DNA of 63,905 bases, filler included, from Dimargaris cristalligena (lineage: Eukaryota): the NCBI GenBank assembly GCA_003614675.1. It is 3 parts of 3 records of this genome, joined end to end, with 100 filler letters (N's around TTAATTAATTAA, not from the genome) between each part and the next. Parts side by side here need not be neighbours in the genome. Positions count along the whole stretch, not along the records: positions 1 to 22,107 come from ML002638.1; 2 more parts are not named here. One strand, written 5' to 3'. The position numbers were made by a program, and so were the translations under genes. Within the stretch, counting starts at the first letter, position 1. The number at the start of each line of letters is the position of its first letter. Below, one piece after another: positions 1 to 11,867 of the stretch. The notes below the pieces were generated by a model. That model searched no databases. It was not told the origin of the DNA and saw nothing but the letters and a program-made list of their open reading frames with translations.

Positions 1-261
1 TAGAATGCGCAAGGATCACATGACGAAGGTCGCGACTAATTTGTCTTGTGAAGAGAATAATCCATCCCGCCTCATGTCAGTACACCAGTCATCCTTGTAT
101 TCCCCCGTCCTCCTTGGTGTTGAGGCTGAATTGACCCATATGGGAGTAGTTCAATAGGGCTGTATAACAAAAAATCCATTTGATAGGGCAAATACTACTG
201 GTTGAAAATAAACATCCCACCGATTTTCCCATACACATATTGGTTCAAACCTTGTGCAACC

Positions 262-367
262 AAGCTGAACTTCACCCATATACATCCCTCCTCCTTGGTG
301 TTGTGGCTGAATTGACCCATGTACATCCCTCCTCCTTGGTGTTGTGGCTGAATTGACCCATGTACAT
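262..367. repeat. 41-bp tandem repeat: two exact units plus a diverged partial unit; a third diverged copy lies at about 101-142
   Basis: catccctcctccttggtgttgtggctgaattgacccatgta at 283-323 and 324-364; related tcctccttggtgttgaggctgaattgacccatatg near 108-142. Confidence 0.9.
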
Positions 368-3117
368 GGTAGTGTTTTCTGCACTTGGACAACAATCGCA
401 TCTGGGTCATATGAGTCGCCGGGACTAGGTATCACCCAATCCTATTGTAACCGAGCAGGCCGAGTGGGGCCGGAAATAAGATGATAAAATAACTAACGAT
501 CACCGAGTAGGGCGTAAATAACCAAACAGGTAAAATAGAGCTCGTAGGCATAATATAATTATAAGTATTTTATTGAAAGACACAGAATAACGGTGGGCTG
601 CTCAGGCAATGGGTTTTATTCCTCTGGGATGAGGTGTTGTTCTTGTGCCGTTAGGGGAAGGCCATTCTCTTCCTGTGGGGGGGTCGAATGATCCATGTCA
701 TGACTCATGTGGTCTTCCTCGCTTAGTCGGGGGGTACTGTGAGGAGGATCGACCTCTTGTCTTTGAGTGGGGGTGGCCTCCCCCGGTTGCACTATCAATA
801 AGCCAGCCTGTGGGGCTTGGGGAGTATTTATTAAACATAGGATTAGTTTACCCTTCCTTTGCCTCACGAACGAGTGTATTTTCCCCTGTTGATCAATGCC
901 AGAAATATGTAGCTGCATATGGTCGGCCATGTGCTTTTGAGCCATTTTGCAAAGGCCGCCTCAACTATGCCACCCGGTTAGCCAAATCATCATGGTAGTC
1001 AGCAGGACTGCGGACCACTCAGGCCCCTGATCTGTAGAAAGCTGTAATCGAATTTGGAGGTAGTCTTGGGACGCCATTAGTCCACCGGCAAAGGCCACGG
1101 CTGCTGGAACTACACCACCATTGTGGATTCCGCTCTACCCCCTCGACATCAATGGTACCAGTCGGCTATTTTCCTGGAATGGTGCCAAAGACCACTGTTA
1201 ACCCACCTGGTCTAAGCTAATCTGGCATAACTATTGCGCACCATGGGTCTAAGGGGCTTGTTTCCCAATCTCCCCTAGTAAGCCGGTCCCTTTTTATTAG
1301 AGTGGGTTATTCCCAGCTATTTCTAAAATGCTAACCCTCTAAGCCTTCAAGGCGGCAGATACCCACATCCTCAATTCCCGACCAAATTCGACCATTAGGG
1401 TGCCTGGCATAATAAGTGAAGTTGGGGCCTGTTCATCCGTATTACTTTATCCATCGCCACTCTAGTGGTGATTTATATGATTCTCGTCCGCACCACTACT
1501 GATCGGTTTCCCAACGTCCATCCATCCCTCGTAATATCATTCGGAGTGGGGATACTCCATAAGCATCCCCAAGCCCGATTGCCTATAACAGTCCCCACTT
1601 CCCTTGTGTAACCTCGCTGTTTAAACTAAATTGTAGAGATATCCCTATTCCAGCCCCTAAGATCTGCATTCCTTTATAGACGCACTGCTACACACCCGAT
1701 CATTAAAAAAAAAAGTGGTATATTTATTCGTCGCATGGGTGGCCAGCGAGGCGGAACCCTTTGGCCATTTGATAGCACCCGTTGGCTTTAAGCCACCAAA
1801 CCTTGTGTAAACAGCTAATCAGTGCATCAATCCATGTGCAGCCTATATATTACAGACTCTCGCGAATACCTAAAAGAAATGAGGGAGCTGATTGCAAAAA
1901 AAAAAAAATATGCACAAGCGTACACCCTAACCCCCACGGACCATAGTATAAAGTTACTGGGGAGATAGGGGCACATACTAAAGCTCTGGTCGTTTACAAT
2001 GAGCACCCTGAAATACAGATTCATCATCAAACTCAGACTCACGCCAACTCTGTACTAATTTGGCCAGAGTTGACTAATCCACCGTCCTCCCCTCTGCATT
2101 GAAAAAAAGAAAATACGCGGCCATATAATCAATTACGCACCAGCCAAGGAGGCGGGGATAGGCGAGCTATTGTGGCATCAACTTTAGAGGCTAACGGCGT
2201 CATAAATCCGGTGACCATCCCTGTCCAGCGCTGAATGGGTGTTCCTATCCATCGTCTTGAAACCCATCAACTATTAATAATAAGCCCCCAAACGAGACTG
2301 CAGTCACGGCGGGATATATATTACACACGCCTAATAGGTGTTCGGTTGCCCAGGTCCCACTAAAAACTGGTTCATTTTTCCATATCCGGTATATTCACCC
2401 TCTCCCCTCCCACTCTTTGTCGTACGTAAGCCGCCCCCGTGTCATTCTCCGTGAATACACCCATTTGGCTCAGGGGAATGTGAAAGGTCACCTTAGGGCG
2501 GGTGCTAAGTTAGAGAACCGAAATAGCACGACCTCGGCCGCCCGAGGCCTCGTATGACTGCTGGCCATTTTAGGGTGCCCTTTACAATCGTGCTGTCGGC
2601 AGCCCCGAACCCACCATTGGTGGTCATCTAGGAAGAGGTCGGTGGCTTATTCAGTAAATAGACCACTTAGCCAAAACTGTAGATGAGCGTGTGCATAAAT
2701 GTATAAATTACGTTGGCCCTTTTTGGAAAACCCTAGTTAGAAGTACGGAGGCATCAGCTCGCACGGGGATAGGGAAAGGTATGTAGACCATTTCGTTAAA
2801 ACACAGGGTCAGTATCTACAGTGGCCGAATATATATAAGAAAGTGTCGCTATCCAGCCCCTTCCCAAAAAGGCGCGTATCTCTATAACCCAATTAGTCCT
2901 AGTTTACATTTTGATTTCAGGAGTCTCAGGACCGGTAGCCCTGCTCGGCAATTATTTGAATCTTACATCCTCGGAAAATATATTGCATTGGCCTTTTCCT
3001 GGCGGGTACATTAAGCCAGACCTTATGGTTAAGTTTGGTTAGTGGCTATTGAAATTTCTCCATAGACTTCAAGGCAGATTCAGGTGGCTACTATCCCCGT
3101 GACTGCCTATAGTAACC

Positions 3118-5057
3118 ATGCATAGGTACCAAACCACCTTCAGAATCACTATGATAGCCGTAGGTGTCTCTATTATTTTTGGCCTCCCCATGCACGTAAA
3201 TGCCAGCAATATATTGCGACAATTAAATATAGCCTTATTGCTGTTCATTATACCCGACTAATAACCTATTTACACCCTATTCGTATTTCCAAATGGAGGG
3301 CTGTAGGTGGTATTGGCCCAACACCTTGCACTACAAGTCGATGCTCAGCCCTCCGGCGAAACCTTGATGGCAGTACCGAAAATACTCCGCCCGGCGTCTC
3401 GGTTGATGGTAGTTGAGCCAAGACTGCCCACACCACCGGAAACCAATCCCTCATCGGACTCCCCGGATAGCCAATCCATAGTCGCTCTGTCTGATTCGAA
3501 ATACGAAGAGGATGCAATAAAATGGGCGACCCGGGTTTGCGACGAATACATTGGCCCAAAAACTGAACCGATCCAGAAGCCCACGCTACTTAAGCTTGAT
3601 TTCAGCTCGAAGGAGGCCTGCGACTTGCCAGACACCTCCCCTCTAACCCCTAGCTCCACTTTGGTTGGCTCAGCGACCTCAATGGACACACCACCGCCGA
3701 GCAGATTTCGCAAGAAACCCACCAAAAAACAGCGGCTACTAGCCCTTGAGCAACTGTTCCAGCAGTCTTGGAGGGGGAAGCCCTTGGTTGATCACGAGAA
3801 ACTAGTAGAGCTTAAATACCGTCTGAAGTAAGTACAGTTTCCTAATACTCCCATTTCCCCCATGCACCTATAAAAGGTAGCACCTGTATCACGTATGGGC
3901 CGATTGAATTAGGAAATACGGAACTAATCGTTTAAATAACCCGCAATTCGGTCGCCTACCTTGATTTTGAACTGGGGTTTTGTTTTTGGGGACCAACCGT
4001 CTAGTTACGCCCTCGCTGCCTATATCAGCATGAGTAAGCTGCCCCAAAAGATGGCACTGGATGAGAGTATCTTGCAGAAATCGGTACAGGTGTTTCGGGG
4101 AGAGGTCAAGCCATGTCGGGGGGTGATTGTCGTGAGTCGCCGACAGCGGCGCATTCTAGTATCATTTCGAGGATCTTCTTTTCATTCCCTGTCGACATTT
4201 GTGGCCGACTCCAAGATCTTTCTCTCCCAGTGGCCCGCCTTTTGGCCCGAATCCAAAGTCCACCAAGGATTCAAGGGTGTGCACCTTAAATGCTACGGCT
4301 CTTACAGCGCTCGGGTGCTTGAATACGCCCATCAGTATCCCCGCGCTAAAGTCATATTCGTGGGCCATTCGTTAGGTGGTGGTAAGTGTATGATGAAGGG
4401 GGGGGGGGTGGATTTAGGGTTAATTGATTTTAAAAAACAAGTCGACAAAAACTAAGTAACACGGCTCACTACCGTGCCATATGTGGTTATTTATTAGTAT
4501 TCCACGAGGGTCGAGCTAGAGGGTCAGTCTCCCGCTATTATAGATAGCGGTAATTCTTTGCCGAGGACTTAATTTGAGGTTTAAAGCCATATCCCACTAC
4601 AATAGATTTGGAATGATCATTACATTTTTTATAATACCACCTAGCTCTGAGTCTTTTAGGGGCCCTCCAATTCGGCCACGACCACCCTCATATACGGCAC
4701 CGTCTGGAAGTAACTACTTTTGGGATGCCTCGAATAGGCAACGACCACTTTAGCCGTGGCTACAATCAGTTCGGCATTACCACCAACCGGATAACCAACG
4801 GCTTCGATTTAGTATCCAATCTACCATTTTTCTATGGGTATACTCATGTTCGTGGTGAAATCTACATTGTGCCAGAAAGCCACGAAACGATATACTGCAC
4901 CTATAATGAAGAAACATTGGAGGAGGATAATGCCTGCTCTAACCGGATCACCTTCAGCACTAGTAGACTGCAGGACCACGGCGCCTATTGGGGCATTGGT
5001 GACTATCTGCCCTATAGGCTCAGCCGGCCCTCTACAGATACACTGGTGGGGTCATAA
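3118..5057 (+). CDS. Secreted class-3 (fungal triacylglycerol) lipase, 4 exons
   Basis: Exons 3118-3195, 3307-3827, 4005-4381, 4645-5057 join in frame via GT-AG introns. Motifs VSFRGS, VHQGF, nucleophile GHSLGGAL, TFGMPRIGN, Asp in FDLVSNLP, His in DHGAYW. Hydrophobic N-terminus; exon 1 is the least certain part. Confidence 0.9.
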
Positions 5058-6168
5058 TTCCCCTCTTTTTGCCATACATCACCATGCACCATTGCTGATA
5101 GTTTAAACCAATGTACTAAGCATCTTAGTACTCGTCAATTCTCTTTTATTTTACTGAGCCCTAGGAAGGCATTGATCCCCGGGTCGATGTACTATGTATA
5201 TGCCCGAACTTGCACATTATGTTTCCCATTAGACTATTAAGTCCCCATACATTGTTAATCGCCCTACACGGACACGTTACCATTCATGAACTGTTTGCTG
5301 TGGGGGTTTAACCAAGAATAACCTTAGGATAGCCCGATGGTTAAATTGATTTTGCTGACAGATCAGGTGTTGATTTCCAGTGTGAAAATAAATGGTCAAC
5401 TATAGGCACAAACCGTATGCTTTAAATATATTTGAAGTTGGAGGGGGGTTGTATAAAGTATAGCCCAGCCCTGATCGTCTAGTTCCTAGGTGCTGTTGGC
5501 GACCAAATAATTTTATTTCCCGGTCCGCTTAGCCTTATAATGAATTGGTAGTGGCTTAGAGACATACCCTAAATGTAGTGCAACCATCTTCGTTAAATTT
5601 ATGACATTCATTTAAATACGTGCAATCAAACCCTTGTCATTTGGGAGAGATACAATCTCGTAATATACTGAAAATTAGTCTCGTGGGACATGCACTGCCG
5701 TTTTAAATTAATTTCCCGCCAATCTCCCCATTCGTATTTCATGCAAGGTCTGTTACAACCGTGTTTGGTTTCGGCTATTTGCATTTCCATGGGATGCTGC
5801 TTCTTTACAAACTGGACGGTATACGCGGCGATATGTAATCCTGGCTTTTAAGGGGATGATGGGGTATAAGTTATTTCCAACCAATAGTTGGATTTTTACG
5901 GTTCAGAATGCTATTTATTCCGAGCATTACGTATAAACCAGCCGAACTACAATCAAGCCAGGTAGGCGACAGTCATAGCTCAAACAGCCCCCTTAAATGG
6001 GTGGAAAAATGAAGCCACATAAACCTTGAGTCAAGTATATGCCTTCTAATTCGGCGAAGCGGTCGATGTAGCGTTTTACCTTAGGCCCTCAATGCAATAT
6101 TGTTGAATCGTTTTTTCGTTTTTTTTTGGTAAATTCACCTAAATTCCATTCCATTACCCCATTCCCCG

Positions 6169-7849
6169 ATGAACCGTTTTCCTGGTCGAATTGCCAATTT
6201 GCGTGCGGCAGTAGCGTGCCAGCTGTCCCCATTAAGGCACGTGCTCCTTGCTCCACTCCGCTGTGTAAGTGCCCGAGCGATCTCCCAACAGCAATGCCGA
6301 ACCTGGCGGTATAACCATGTTCCCCAGTACCTACAAGCAATGGGGCATGTCACTCGACTATCCATTTACAGACCGGAGTCTGTTACCCAAATTACATTGG
6401 GCGTGCTGAATTGGTCCATGCGCTCAACAACTGAATTCATTTTTAAGGAAACAGCCTGGCATGACCTCCAATTGACCCAACCATGTCCATTTTTTTTTGA
6501 AAGCTGACTCATTCCTACGTTTTGACAATTCCTATGCCCACCAGGGGTCTCGCGAGTTGCTTACCGCTAGCAGCGCCGTTCGAGTCGGCACGATTATTGA
6601 AATTGATTCGCAACATTGGACGGTTCTACGACGAGACTTCGGCGGCACAGGCCGCGGCGTTGGTTTAGTAAAAGTAAGTTACCTTATATGGATACCTCTG
6701 CCGATGTTGCAGATCATACCCTTACCGCCGGGTCACACCGCGTCTTTGTTAGACCCCCGTCTTGGTGCCCCATATTTGAATGGCATCTATTCGATATAAT
6801 AGCTAATCCCCATTATGATGGTGTACGGCGATTATTATTGGGTATGAATCAGATGGAGCTCAAAAACGTCTTGACTGACCAAAAGAAGGAACTCCGGTGC
6901 AAAGCTGATACCGAGTTTGAAGGTTAGTAAACCGTACATATATTTATATGGGGATGTTTTTAGCCACTTCTGACATGCCCTTATTCATTATCTGTACTTT
7001 TTCGTTCATACTGGGAAATGTATTCACACGTCGTTATTTTTACCAAACTCGATTTCCATAATCACCAATGGCATGATAGTGGTCCATCTCACTACTCGCC
7101 CTTTCCAATTTCTTTATAGCACCGACACCAGCATAATGGTGATGAATAATGACACTTACGATGAACTCGAGATCCCGCTTAATATCATCCAAGGTAATAC
7201 CAAAACCATTTTCCTTTGCAATGATGATTATTGATGACACTGCTAACTTGATTGTGGATTTATTTGGCAAGACTTGACCGATATTGACCGTTTCCGGAAA
7301 TCGACTCAGATGCATTATACCAGACTTATTGTTCCACTAATCACGACTATACCGACTACACTGGTGCATTTATATATAAATTAAAGGCGGCGCCATAATG
7401 GCAAAATATATCCTAGGTAGGTTAATTTCGAAGTTAATACAAAATCAGGACTACAATGGGCCTGGTTTAAGTATCTCTAATAGTTCATAGTCGAGACCTA
7501 TTGGCCTAGGAGTTATTTATTTTAATACCCTAATATTTGTCACCAAGCCTATCCTGATTTACACCTAATTCACCCCCCCCCTCTCTGGCCTGTTTCGGTT
7601 GTTTATTTAGACGGCATGACCATCCAAGTGCAATTTGATGAAGAAGGGTCTATGCTTTCGGCCCAACTCCCTAAGCGGGCCACCTACCGGGTCCTCAAGG
7701 TAACTCAAAAAATCGCCCAGGCCAAGGGCAACACTATGTGTCCCGCTGAGTTGGAGAATGGACCGACCGTGGCCGTACCTGACTTTGTGAAAGCGGACCA
7801 GATGGTTGTGGTGGACCTCACAACGCTAGAATATGTTAGCCGAGGGTAG
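6169..7849 (+). CDS. efp: Bacterial-type translation elongation factor P, probably mitochondrial, 6 exons, about 225 aa
   Basis: Exons 6169-6264, 6545-6673, 6853-6922, 7080-7193, 7387-7416, 7611-7849, all phase-compatible GT-AG. Protein has SAVRVGTIIEID, loop GTGRGVG, ELKNVLT, FQFLY..MNNDTYDELEI, KYILDGM, and domain III PAELENGPTVAVPDFVKADQMVVVD..EYVSR. N-terminus is Arg-rich and free of acidic residues. Confidence 0.88.
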
Positions 7850-8410
7850 CTTGGCTCGTCTCCTGGCCCTTATTCGCTGGCTTTCGCAATGGGGGGTTTC
7901 CGAGACTCTGCCGAATGGATAGAGAACGTGTACTACCGCCTCGTATCGCTCCAAAGTCAACTGAGTTACTATAAAAAATGCCATCTCGAATGTTGGTTGA
8001 ATTGAATAGGGTTAGTATCGTATCAACGCTTTCAATCTTATTTTAAGTGGTTATCAAATCTACTATTACCATCGCATAGTAGGTCATTATTAGAGCATCG
8101 ATTATCGGAGGTGTTGTTAGCCAAGAATCAATATGGTTTATTACTTTGGAGTTTGGGTGTGCAAATAAACTTCATAGTCACCAGGAAGACCAATGCCGAC
8201 GGGTCGCTAGTCAGCTTGGCATACGGGGGGATAGGCAAATCCTAGCAGACGAGATGAAGTGAAAAGGGCGAGACGTGCAATGTCGGCTGCGAGAAATAAA
8301 TAGTAGCAATGGATACCTGCCCTCGGGGGTGGTGTTTAAAAGTAGTGGGACTAGGGACGGTCGAGTGGCAGGAAGGAAGGGCCCGGGAGCACATGGGCGG
8401 GATTTCGGGT

Positions 8411-8845
8411 TTAGGCCTTGACGGCAAGCTTGCTGTCGGCCTTGATCTTCTTGTTCTTCAGCTTGGCGAAGGCGAGCTTCTGGTTCTTGAGCACCTTGGC
8501 ATTGGTGCGGGAGTCGGTAGCCCGGATGCTGGGGATATAGCCGAAACCACCGAGGCCACCCGCACCACTGTAACCGCCGGCACCACCAGCACTGCCGTGG
8601 CCACCGTGGCCCCCGGAATAGCCGCCATCGAAGTCGCGGCGCACTAGGTAGCCGTAGGAACGATAGCCGTCGTCGTGACCGTCGAACCAGGCGCGGCGTT
8701 CAAGGTAGTTATTGTAGTCGTCATCAGCGGGCTCGTAATCGCCGACCATAGGGGAGCTGTCGTCGAAGGTGTCATCCTGAGCGCGCACCACGGAGAGGGT
8801 GAGGACGATGGCCAGAAGGGCAACGGAGGCAAACTTGAATTGCAT
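8411..8845 (-). CDS. Small secreted Gly-rich/Lys-rich precursor protein (144 aa)
   Basis: ATG at 8845; signal peptide MQFKFASVALLAIVLTLSVVRA; acidic segment; two YLxRR sites; Gly-rich middle; Lys-rich tail; GC-rich third codon positions. Confidence 0.8.
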   Translation of the reverse strand: MQFKFASVALLAIVLTLSVVRAQDDTFDDSSPMVGDYEPADDDYNNYLERRAWFDGHDDGYRSYGYLVRRDFDGGYSGGHGGHGSAGGAGGYSGAGGLGGFGYIPSIRATDSRTNAKVLKNQKLAFAKLKNKKIKADSKLAVKA

Positions 8846-9003
8846 TTTGCGGGAGTTAGGGAGGCGGTACGAGGTGGCTAAGGAAAGCAGGGGGAGGATG
8901 AAGAGGCAGCGATGGCTATTGGCACTGGCTAGTGGTGGAGGTGAAGAGGCTTGGAAAGATGTAGAAGCTGCTGAATAACTCTGGAGGGGCGCCAGTAGCC
9001 GGG

Positions 9004-9011
9004 TTTTATAG
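9004..9011 (-). promoter_or_regulatory. TATA box candidate for the 8845 gene
   Basis: CTATAAAA on the minus strand about 160 nt upstream of the ATG, followed by a pyrimidine-rich leader. Confidence 0.45.
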
Positions 9012-9902
9012 AAAGTGGGAGTCCAGCAGTAGACCTCATTCTTGGTCAATATGGGAGCCTCCTGGGCCTAATCCTCGACAACGGTCTGTAAGCGGTGAAT
9101 TGGTGAGATTTATTTGGGCCCAGAGATATGCGATACCAGCTACTGAATCAAGGATTTATCTTCTATAACTATTTATCAGGTATAAATCAATCACCCAACT
9201 CCTATCTAATGTATAGTCGCTTGCTGGGTGCGAAATACAAGAGTCGGGATTTTAGGTCTAGTGAGCAGCGTGCCTGATAAATCCAAGTGACTGCCACAGT
9301 CCTGTGATATAACTAGTCTACTTGGCAGTTCTAGTACCATCAGCAGATTGAGGGAAGCATAGTATTTTAGTTTATCACTCAGCATACCTGGAATATACTC
9401 GGCCTGATTAATGTTGGCCACGTCATGGATAGGGTTGGCGGCAACTAATTAAACAGAGCCTTCACTAATTCACCTTGTAAGTGAGAATCAACCGAACATT
9501 ATCAATATCCCGGATCTTTCTTCCCGCCCCACGCCTCTACAGATCAAAGCAACCGGGGTAGTTCTACAGTCACCTCGAACCCCGGCCCTCAATGACGAGG
9601 GGACCAGCGGCATAAACGGGTGGTTCCGCGTAGGCAGGGCCGATTTTGTCCGTGAAAGGCCGAATACGGAACATCGAGCGCTATTGTTCTATTCAAGGCT
9701 GACCAAGGCCTCTCATCTGCATGGGCCAATAACTAGCGGAGGGGAGGGAGCATACCAATCGCAACCAATCCACCGTACTTGACTAGGCGCACTTTTATTC
9801 CCAACTGTCCAATCCGCCTCTACTACCCAATTGCTTTTTCGCATTCCGCCTGATTATTTGTTGTGCTACCAGCCATTATCGACCACTTCCGCAGAGTGCA
9901 CC

Positions 9903-11351
9903 ATGGCCGCCCATGGGCAATCCCCCACAACTTCCCTGACCGAAGCGAGCCGCAGCCGTATCATTCGGAGTGTCTTCACCGCCCTTCTTCTCGACATTCT
10001 GGCCTTCACCACCATTCTACCGCTGTTTCCGCGCCTCCTCCACGCCTACCGCGCCAAGGACAATAGCACCGCACTGCATTGGTTCATTGCCTCCGTCCAC
10101 TCCTTCAAGTCCTACTTTACCGGCCAGAGCCAGGTCGTCGGGGAAGCCGACACCGTTCTCGTAGGGGGCCTATTGGGGTCCCTCTTTTCTTTCCTCCAGG
10201 GGCTATCCGCCCCGTGGATCGGTCGCCTGTCCGACCGCTATGGCCGCCGGCCGGTGTTTCTAGTCTGCATGCTGGGCAATATCGTGTCCAGTGTGATCTG
10301 GTTATTCTCGCACCGCTTCGAGTACTTCCTCCTGGCACGTATCATCGGCGGGTTAAGCGAAGGCAACGTCCAGCTCTCCCATGCCATCATTTCGGACGTG
10401 ACCTCTTCCGCCCAGCGTTCGCGCGGCATGGCCATGGTGGGTATCGCCTTTGCGATTGGATTCACGGTGGGTCCTCCCACAGGGGCCTACTTCGCCGGGA
10501 TCCAGCGGGATCTATCCGAATGGCTCGGCCTGGGTCTCTCCGAAGCTCAGGTATTTGCGCCCTACCCCTGGGCGGCGCTCTTCACGCTGGCCCTCTTGCT
10601 AATCGAAACTGTCTATATTTACCGGTCCATTCCCGAAACTATTCTCACGCGCCCCCCACCGGACACGGCCGAGTCAGCGACGGCTTCCACCAACACCCCG
10701 CTACCAACCCACATGTCCCTGGAGCAGGCCCAGACGAATATCCGCACCCTGAAATACATTCACTTTTTGTATTTGTTTGTGTTTGCTGGAATGGAATTCA
10801 CCCTCCCCTTTTTGACCTTTGACAAATTCCATTTCTCGCATATGGAGCAGGGGCAATTCCTGGGCCTGATCGGTATTGTGTCCACCATTCTGCAGGGAGG
10901 GGTCGTGCGCCGACTGGCCCATCGGTGGGGCGAGAAGTTCTTTGTGACGCTGGGAATGACCAGCTGTGCGCTGGGCTTCTTCAGTCTAGCCACCTGGGCC
11001 CATCCCAGGGAGGGGGGCACTTGGGGTCTTTATTTCGCGGCCATTTGTCTGGCCGTTACTTCTGCCACCGTGGTCAACTGTATGACTTCCCTTGTATCCC
11101 TGTGTTGTACGGCAGTAGACCCGACCGGGCAACCGCTGGACCTGACGGACCGCAAAGGTCAAATCCTGGGTGATTTCCGGTCCATGGGTCAGCTGGGACG
11201 CGCGCTGGGCCCCATTGTGGCGTGTTCGTTGTACTGGCTCAAGGGGTCCGCTTGGGCGTACACGGCCGGTAGTCTCTATATCAGTACAATTGCTGGCTTC
11301 TTTTACTTGAGTGTACGACCTCCCCGGTCCGCCAAGGCCAAAACCCATTAG
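9903..11351 (+). CDS. MFS transporter (MFSD10 / tetracycline-exporter-like)
   Basis: Intronless ORF with many hydrophobic segments; MFS motif A GRLSDRYGRRP; LARIIGGLSEGNVQLS; GFTVGP. Confidence 0.92.
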   Translation: MAAHGQSPTTSLTEASRSRIIRSVFTALLLDILAFTTILPLFPRLLHAYRAKDNSTALHWFIASVHSFKSYFTGQSQVVGEADTVLVGGLLGSLFSFLQGLSAPWIGRLSDRYGRRPVFLVCMLGNIVSSVIWLFSHRFEYFLLARIIGGLSEGNVQLSHAIISDVTSSAQRSRGMAMVGIAFAIGFTVGPPTGAYFAGIQRDLSEWLGLGLSEAQVFAPYPWAALFTLALLLIETVYIYRSIPETILTRPPPDTAESATASTNTPLPTHMSLEQAQTNIRTLKYIHFLYLFVFAGMEFTLPFLTFDKFHFSHMEQGQFLGLIGIVSTILQGGVVRRLAHRWGEKFFVTLGMTSCALGFFSLATWAHPREGGTWGLYFAAICLAVTSATVVNCMTSLVSLCCTAVDPTGQPLDLTDRKGQILGDFRSMGQLGRALGPIVACSLYWLKGSAWAYTAGSLYISTIAGFFYLSVRPPRSAKAKTH

Positions 11352-11867
11352 TATGGGGTAAAGAAAATAACCAGGATCCGATACTTTACAGCAGGGTCTT
11401 ATATACATAGGTAGATTACAAAACGGACAGGCGGGCGGTTGATAATAGTTTCTTCGAGAGAGCTACATTTTTTTCGACAGCTGCATCAGAAATAATTATG
11501 AGCTTTATAAATCTATACGCAATCTATAAGGGTTGCAAGATTATCCCCAAGTACTATTATAGAGAAACTCGCTTTATTATGAGTTTGGAAGGATATGATA
11601 GGCTAACTGATAAGGAAAAGGGAAAAGTGAATACTCCCGGTCGACGGCCCAAGCCATCGGCTAAATGAAACGGGTAAATGGCCTTGGGAAATCAAGCCAA
11701 TTGATATTCCCCTGCATACACTATATTAAGGCTATAAATAAAAGAAGCAGTGGAATCCATCATGGATTCTGTACTACTAATGACGACGACGGGGCTGAGC
11801 TGAGGCCCGATATGGTGATGAAGGCGTTGGTTGAGAGCGCTGAGTATAATGGGACTCACGACTCTGG

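Noticed and set aside
101-367. Repeats as a CRISPR array
   Set aside because: Units are directly adjacent with no unique spacers, there are no cas genes, and the context is eukaryotic
6169-7849. eIF5A, or bacterial contamination
   Set aside because: No hypusine motif, domain III is present, and the gene has five spliceosomal introns and fungal neighbours
10079-10822. 247-aa alternate-frame ORF inside the MFS gene, and similar overlapping or antisense ORFs within other GC-rich genes
   Set aside because: Shadow ORFs expected from codon bias; no recognisable motifs
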